Assembly: GCA_018675975.1 (NCBI GenBank)
Contig: JABGXB010000002.1
Location: 380,098 to 444,097 of the forward strand
DNA length: 64,000 bases
DNA from: Candidatus Woesearchaeota archaeon
Lineage (GTDB): Archaea; Nanobdellota; Nanobdellia; Woesearchaeales; JABGXB01
Direction of reading: 5' to 3'
Shown: positions 58,687 through 64,000 of the stretch, piece by piece
Numbering within the stretch: position 1 is the first letter of the stretch
Layout of the letters: each line of letters opens with the position of its first letter
Notes under the pieces: model-generated
Databases searched by the model: none
What the model was told of the DNA's origin: nothing
The model's input: the letters and a program-made list of their open reading frames with translations, nothing else
Position numbers and translations under genes: made by a program

Positions 58687-60231
58687 ATGGTTTATGATTA
58701 TACATATGGTGGTGGAAGAAGACCGAATTCAGATACGACATTAATTTTTATTATTTTATTTATTATTATAATAATATTTAGTTTTTATTCTTTTATTAGT
58801 CAACCAGGTACATTTTCTCAAAAAACTATTGGTGTAATGACATCAACTATTAATTTTTTTGTAGATATACCTATAAAATTGAGTAAACTTTTTAGTGATG
58901 CTTCTGACTCTGCAAAAAGAAATATTGCAAATGTGGATGTTAATTTGGCAACAGGTAAGGAGCAGATAGAAGGCACTGCTGATGTTTTAAAAGATGCCAA
59001 ATATATTGGTCAATTTAAAACTGAAAAAGTTAAAATTCCACTTGGTTTTGAAATAGAAGCAAAATCAGATAGAGTTACTAGTGTAGATGGAAGTTTGGAA
59101 TATAATGTACGGCCAATTTTTCCAAGTTATATTATTGACAAATTTATTAATGAACCAATTTATTTTTCATGTAAGCCATTAAATGCAAAAACATCTCAAA
59201 AATTTCATGCATGTCAATCAAAAGTTGATGGTGAGGACTTAGTTCTTGTGGATAATTATAATAAACCATTTGATTTTAGATGTAATTTTTTTGATTTAAC
59301 TAAGGGTTTAAAATCTTTTTATATGAAATTTGATTTTCCAATGAGTCAATTTGGTTATAAAGTATTAAGGATTGTAAATGATCCTAAGGGTTTAATGAAT
59401 AGAAAAAATGATATTGAAGATTATGTAAATAAAGATTTATTAGAGGATTCTATACCAAAATTTTCTCTTGCAAAAAATTCTGCAGGTCCTTTAGATATAC
59501 AATTTGATATTCCGAATATTTTATCTTTTGATATTAATCAAGATGGGAATTTTTTAGAACTATCAAATAAAGTTGAAATTAAACTTATGAATTTTCCAAA
59601 AGGAAATTTAATTGGGGCTGAACTTAGTTTTCCTAAAGATAGTTATATTAAAGATTTTAAAAATTTCATATTGAAAGTTCCCACATATGCAAAATTAAAC
59701 TGTGGTGATAAACAAACTATTAAAACTTATGTTAAAACTGAAAATAATCAAAAATTGAATTTTTATGAAATGAATATGGATTATATTATTGATAATGGTA
59801 ATGGTATAATAAAACAAGATCATGTGTCAATTTCTTGTAAATTATTTGTAGAAAAATCATATTTAATTGAAAATAATTATAATGTTCACTTAAATCTACC
59901 AATATTATTTGAAACAGATTACCAATATTTTTTAACACGTTCTGAAAAATTTAATGTTATATATGATTTAGATGGTGAAAGTAAAAAAGAAAGAAAATTC
60001 TATAGGGATATTTTATTTTCAATTGGTCGAGGTGGTATTGAAAATACAAATGTTGAATTGACTAAAGATCAAATAAAATTTAAGAATTATTTAATTGAAA
60101 AAGAATATGAGAATGTAGATAATCGTGTATCTTGTATTTCTATTAATGATTTTAATTCAGAAATTAAATCTGCTAAAGGCTTATTTGAAGATTTTAAAAA
60201 AGAACCTGTTGATGGTGGTGAATTAACTTGA
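58687..60231 (+). CDS. Membrane-anchored exported hypothetical protein related to the downstream lipoproteins
   Basis: N-terminal TM helix; GPLDIQF and late LFETDYQY motifs resemble those of the next three genes. Confidence 0.65.
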   Translation: MVYDYTYGGGRRPNSDTTLIFIILFIIIIIFSFYSFISQPGTFSQKTIGVMTSTINFFVDIPIKLSKLFSDASDSAKRNIANVDVNLATGKEQIEGTADVLKDAKYIGQFKTEKVKIPLGFEIEAKSDRVTSVDGSLEYNVRPIFPSYIIDKFINEPIYFSCKPLNAKTSQKFHACQSKVDGEDLVLVDNYNKPFDFRCNFFDLTKGLKSFYMKFDFPMSQFGYKVLRIVNDPKGLMNRKNDIEDYVNKDLLEDSIPKFSLAKNSAGPLDIQFDIPNILSFDINQDGNFLELSNKVEIKLMNFPKGNLIGAELSFPKDSYIKDFKNFILKVPTYAKLNCGDKQTIKTYVKTENNQKLNFYEMNMDYIIDNGNGIIKQDHVSISCKLFVEKSYLIENNYNVHLNLPILFETDYQYFLTRSEKFNVIYDLDGESKKERKFYRDILFSIGRGGIENTNVELTKDQIKFKNYLIEKEYENVDNRVSCISINDFNSEIKSAKGLFEDFKKEPVDGGELT

Positions 60232-61193
60232 AATTAAATTATTATATTTTACTTTTATTATTTAGTACTTTATTTTTATATGGATGTAGTGGCTTTTTTG
60301 ATAGTACTGAACAAAAACAAGCTATTGATTTTGATAAAAATCTAAAACCAATATTAGTTGAATTAGATTTGAGTAAAAATGAATTAAATAGTTTTAATGA
60401 TATTACTACATTAAAACTAAATATTGAAAATAATAGAAATGATAATAGTTTGGTATATATTACAATACCTGATGTTCCTATTATGTCAAAATCTAAAAAT
60501 TTTAAAAATGAATATGAAGTTAATTTATATGGTAAAACTGATGAAAATTATATTCCTTTATTTGAATATGGTGAGCGCATAGAAGATTTAACTTTTGGTT
60601 CCTTAGCATTTGGAATTGGGGAATATATGGACGATTTAGACACTGATTTGATTGCTCATGTTTGTACAAAATATAAGGATGAAATTTATGCTTTTGTTTG
60701 TGTTAATGAGGATGTTTGTGGTAAGAGTAGTATTTCAAATTTTAAACAAAAAATTGGTGGTCCAATAGACATAAAAAATATAGAATTTATTAATCATTTT
60801 TCTTCTTCAACTACTGGTGTTTTAGAAATTAGTATGCATTTTGAAAATAATGCTAATGGATTTGTTTTTACTTCAAACAATTATAAAAATGCGTGTAGAA
60901 ATAATGTTTTAGAAAATAGTGATTTTAAAAGACATGAGTATAATATTGATTCTATTGAATTAGAAGGTGTTGAGCTGGATTGTAAAAAAACACTATTTAC
61001 TGATATTAAAGGAATTTCAAAAATTATGTGTTTACTTGACCATTCTTTATTAATTAATGATATAAAACAAAATATTGACCAAAGATTATTGACTATTAAA
61101 TTTAATTATAATTATAAACAAGCATTTAAGGAAAAAATAAAATATAAAAATGAACAATTAATTTCTGATTTTAATTTTGAGGTTATAGAATAA
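60228..61193 (+). CDS. Putative lipoprotein
   Basis: MKLNYYILLLLFSTLFLYG|C lipobox-like signal; TTG start overlaps the previous stop; SD GGTGGTGA. Confidence 0.75.
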   Translation: MKLNYYILLLLFSTLFLYGCSGFFDSTEQKQAIDFDKNLKPILVELDLSKNELNSFNDITTLKLNIENNRNDNSLVYITIPDVPIMSKSKNFKNEYEVNLYGKTDENYIPLFEYGERIEDLTFGSLAFGIGEYMDDLDTDLIAHVCTKYKDEIYAFVCVNEDVCGKSSISNFKQKIGGPIDIKNIEFINHFSSSTTGVLEISMHFENNANGFVFTSNNYKNACRNNVLENSDFKRHEYNIDSIELEGVELDCKKTLFTDIKGISKIMCLLDHSLLINDIKQNIDQRLLTIKFNYNYKQAFKEKIKYKNEQLISDFNFEVIE

Positions 61194-62092
61194 TGAGATT
61201 ATTTATTTTATTATTAATGACATTTAGTCTAATTTTATCTGGTTGTAGTTTTTTTGGTTCAAGTAGTGAAATGTCTGGTGTAAATTTAATTTTAGAAAAA
61301 ACAAAATTTAATGCAAATATTGATGAGGATATAAATGTTAATTTTAAATTAATTAATAATAATGAGGCCTCATATTCGGCTGCAAATACACTATTATATT
61401 TTCACGGTGTTGGTAATTCTGATTATATAAAAATTAGTCCTTTTGAATATAGAAATAATCAAATAATGGGTATTATTGAAAATGACGTAGATTTTGATGA
61501 AAACTATTTTACTTTAAATTTTAAATTACCTGGTGAGCGTAAATTTAAATTAAATAGGTGTGATTTTATTGAACAAAAAAAGAATTTTATATTATGTGTT
61601 GATTCTGCTAATGAATTATGTTCTTTTTCTCAACCAAATATTGAATCAGACAATTTACCTTTAAAGTTAAAATCATTTAAATATGATGTTATTGAATCTG
61701 GTACATCTAGAAAAGTAAGGGTGATGTTTGATTTTAAAAAAACTAGTAAATATTCTGTAATTAAAAGACCCAGCTCAAGTGAGTCAAATTCTATTTTATC
61801 AAATAAACCTAATCTTGGTTCACAAAATAATATTTGTTTAAATTATGAAAATGGTAAATATTTAAATCATGGTGTGTGGTTTGATGTTAAATTATTTAGG
61901 ACTGAGGGTGGTAGCTTTGAAAATTTAAATTGTAGAGTTAATTTTTTTGATTTTGGTGAATCTAGTACGAATAGTAAACCTATATATTGTGACTTTAATA
62001 TAGATCAAAGTGATAAAAAAATAAGAATTCAAATTGATTATTCTGCTTTTGTTATTAGTCAAAATGAATTAACTTTTAATATTAATAACTAA
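61193..62092 (+). CDS. Putative lipoprotein
   Basis: MRLFILLLMTFSLILSG|C canonical lipobox LSGC; TAATG overlap. Confidence 0.8.
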   Translation: MRLFILLLMTFSLILSGCSFFGSSSEMSGVNLILEKTKFNANIDEDINVNFKLINNNEASYSAANTLLYFHGVGNSDYIKISPFEYRNNQIMGIIENDVDFDENYFTLNFKLPGERKFKLNRCDFIEQKKNFILCVDSANELCSFSQPNIESDNLPLKLKSFKYDVIESGTSRKVRVMFDFKKTSKYSVIKRPSSSESNSILSNKPNLGSQNNICLNYENGKYLNHGVWFDVKLFRTEGGSFENLNCRVNFFDFGESSTNSKPIYCDFNIDQSDKKIRIQIDYSAFVISQNELTFNINN

Positions 62093-62188
62093 TTTTAATA
62101 TAATAACTAATCTATTGGTTATTTAGTATTGCAGGTAGTTTTATAAATAATTTTTCTATATTAAAAGTATAATAAAAGTGGTGATTGA

Positions 62189-63217
62189 ATGAAATTTACT
62201 AAAAGATTAATATTACTTGTATTGATTTTATTTATTTCAGTATTATATGGTTGTACTGAAACTACTAGTGAAAATACAAATATTGAAGCACAAAAAAGAT
62301 TTGTTGGTGGATCAAGTGGTGTTGTTACTAGTGTATCAACAGATAAATCTAATAATTTAGTTGGTGTTGGTGAATCATTTTCTTATATGGTTGATGTTAA
62401 AAATACTGGTGAATATGATTTACAAGCTAATGATTATATTGTTAAATTATTAATTCCTCAAGACCCTGGTGTTTTTGAAGGTGGTACTTATGGTGAATTA
62501 ACATTAAATAATGAAAATGTAGCTTCTGGTACTGGTTTGAATCCTGATGGTAGTACGATACCAAATGGCGAATTTGAAATTAAAACAATACCATTAAAAT
62601 GGGCAAGCGTTACTAAACCAGTTGATTATGATTTATCATATAGATATTGTTACAAATATGAAACTCGAGCAGATTCTATTTTATGTAAAAAATCAGATTT
62701 ACAAGGTAGAATTTCTGATGATGAAAAAAATACAGGTTGTTCTTATCCTGAATTTGGTAGTAGTATATCACAAACAACTCATAATTCAAATGGACCAGTA
62801 CAATTTTCAAATTTAGTTCAAACAATACAAAATGCAGATTCTATGAGATTTACATTTGATTTAAGTATTATTGGTGGCGGTAATGTAGGTCTTGCAGATC
62901 AAGGTAGAGATGAATTAACTAGATGCGAATGGAGACCAAATGATGTTACAAGCGATAAGGTTACAGTAACAATTAAATCAGAAGCGGGATTAGTTGAATG
63001 TGATAATTTAAAACAATCAACTCATAGCACTGAAGGTAATTTAGATGTATTAGTTGGTATTGTTGAATTTAACGATGAATCTTCAACTTCTAAAAAAATC
63101 AGTTGTAAATATAAACCTGAAAATATTGGAAATGCGCATGATAATTTAGAATTGAAAGCAACATATGATTATGCTAAAACTGAAACATTATCAGAACAAA
63201 TTAAATTTTTAAAATAA
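62189..63217 (+). CDS. Putative lipoprotein
   Basis: MKFTKRLILLVLILFISVLYG|C; SD GTGGTGA; own TATA near 62140. YCYKYET, GPVQF and ATYDY motifs. Confidence 0.8.
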   Translation: MKFTKRLILLVLILFISVLYGCTETTSENTNIEAQKRFVGGSSGVVTSVSTDKSNNLVGVGESFSYMVDVKNTGEYDLQANDYIVKLLIPQDPGVFEGGTYGELTLNNENVASGTGLNPDGSTIPNGEFEIKTIPLKWASVTKPVDYDLSYRYCYKYETRADSILCKKSDLQGRISDDEKNTGCSYPEFGSSISQTTHNSNGPVQFSNLVQTIQNADSMRFTFDLSIIGGGNVGLADQGRDELTRCEWRPNDVTSDKVTVTIKSEAGLVECDNLKQSTHSTEGNLDVLVGIVEFNDESSTSKKISCKYKPENIGNAHDNLELKATYDYAKTETLSEQIKFLK

Positions 63218-63232
63218 TTTTTTTTTTTTTTT
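63218..63232 (+). terminator. Oligo-T tract (T15), probable archaeal terminator
   Basis: 15 consecutive T directly after the stop of the last lipoprotein gene, between convergent genes. Confidence 0.6.
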
Positions 63233-63236
63233 AGAA

Positions 63237-63968
63237 TTAAGTTAATTTTTTTTCTATTATTTTTTCTATTGCATTAGCAGTATAATTTTCTTTTTCATCT
63301 AATTGATTTTTTAATAGTTTTATTTCATCTTCTAGATCAGAAATCAAATTATTTTTCATTTGAATTTGTAAATCTTTTCCATCTAGGTCAATATTAATCT
63401 TTTTTATTTCATCATTTTTTTTAATTTGACTAGATTCAAATAATGCTGGATAATATTTGTCCTTATCATCATTATTTTTTAATAATTGATGAACACTCTC
63501 AGATAATTTAGAAATGTGTGTATTTAAACCTCGAATTTTATCTTTTAATATTTTATTTTCTTCTTTTAATAATTCAATTATTTTAATTGTTTTTTCATGA
63601 TTATCAATTTCAACATCAAATTCTTTTTTTAAATTTTCATTTTCTCTCAAACCTTCTTGGATTTGTACATTTAATGTAATTTCATTATTTTCATAATTAT
63701 GAAATTTTTGTTCTAGTATTGATTTTTGTCTTTTTTCAATTTCTAAATCTTGAGACATAATTTCATTAATTTTTTTAAATTCTATTACTTTTTCATTTAA
63801 TTCTTTATTATTTTCATTTAATTCTTTATTTTTATTTAAAAAATTTTCAAATTTATACATTAAATCTTTATTTTTTATTACTAGTTCTTCATTTTCTTTT
63901 TGCTCTGTTTCAGTTTCTTCTTTACTTTTATTTATTTCTTGAGCACTATACTCTTCTTTTTTTTCCAT
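63237..63968 (-). CDS. Coiled-coil hypothetical protein
   Basis: 243 aa, E/K/N-rich heptads; 21-bp duplication at 63790-63831 (NKELNEN/NKELNEK). Confidence 0.65.
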   Translation of the reverse strand: MEKKEEYSAQEINKSKEETETEQKENEELVIKNKDLMYKFENFLNKNKELNENNKELNEKVIEFKKINEIMSQDLEIEKRQKSILEQKFHNYENNEITLNVQIQEGLRENENLKKEFDVEIDNHEKTIKIIELLKEENKILKDKIRGLNTHISKLSESVHQLLKNNDDKDKYYPALFESSQIKKNDEIKKINIDLDGKDLQIQMKNNLISDLEDEIKLLKNQLDEKENYTANAIEKIIEKKLT

Positions 63969-64000
63969 TAAATCTATTATTTCTGCATTATTTTGAATTT

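Noticed and set aside
1..64000. Alternative genetic code, provirus or bacterial contamination
   Set aside because: Conserved genes are full length with standard stops, no integrase, transposase or capsid motifs were seen, and lgt is physically overlapped with archaeal endA.

Overview
Very AT-rich chromosomal segment of an archaeon, most likely a DPANN lineage (Woesearchaeota-like). The assignment is inferred from PolD, Cdc6, TFE, Hjc, EndA, PAN, Pelota and archaeal PheRS, plus many short KKGQ class III signal-peptide proteins and few metabolic genes. The window holds: (1) a probable replication origin, with two inverted ORB boxes flanking an AT/(TA)n unwinding element, next to a cdc6-DP1-DP2 cluster; (2) housekeeping genes for replication, tRNA maturation, proteostasis and translation; (3) three cell-surface gene clusters: giant Cys-rich/Ig-like proteins (>1200, 1430, 4235 and 1306 aa) translationally coupled to pilin-like proteins, and a run of related lipobox-bearing proteins; (4) an apparently intact bacterial-type prolipoprotein diacylglyceryl transferase (lgt), unusual in archaea; (5) two box C/D guide RNAs missed by the ORF track, one overlapping the lgt stop codon and predicted to guide 2'-O-methylation of the 16S C1402 equivalent; (6) a TFE with a long histone-H1-like Lys-rich repeat tail. 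No tRNA, rRNA, CRISPR array, intein or mobile element was recognised. All calls come from reading motifs by eye; no database searches were run.
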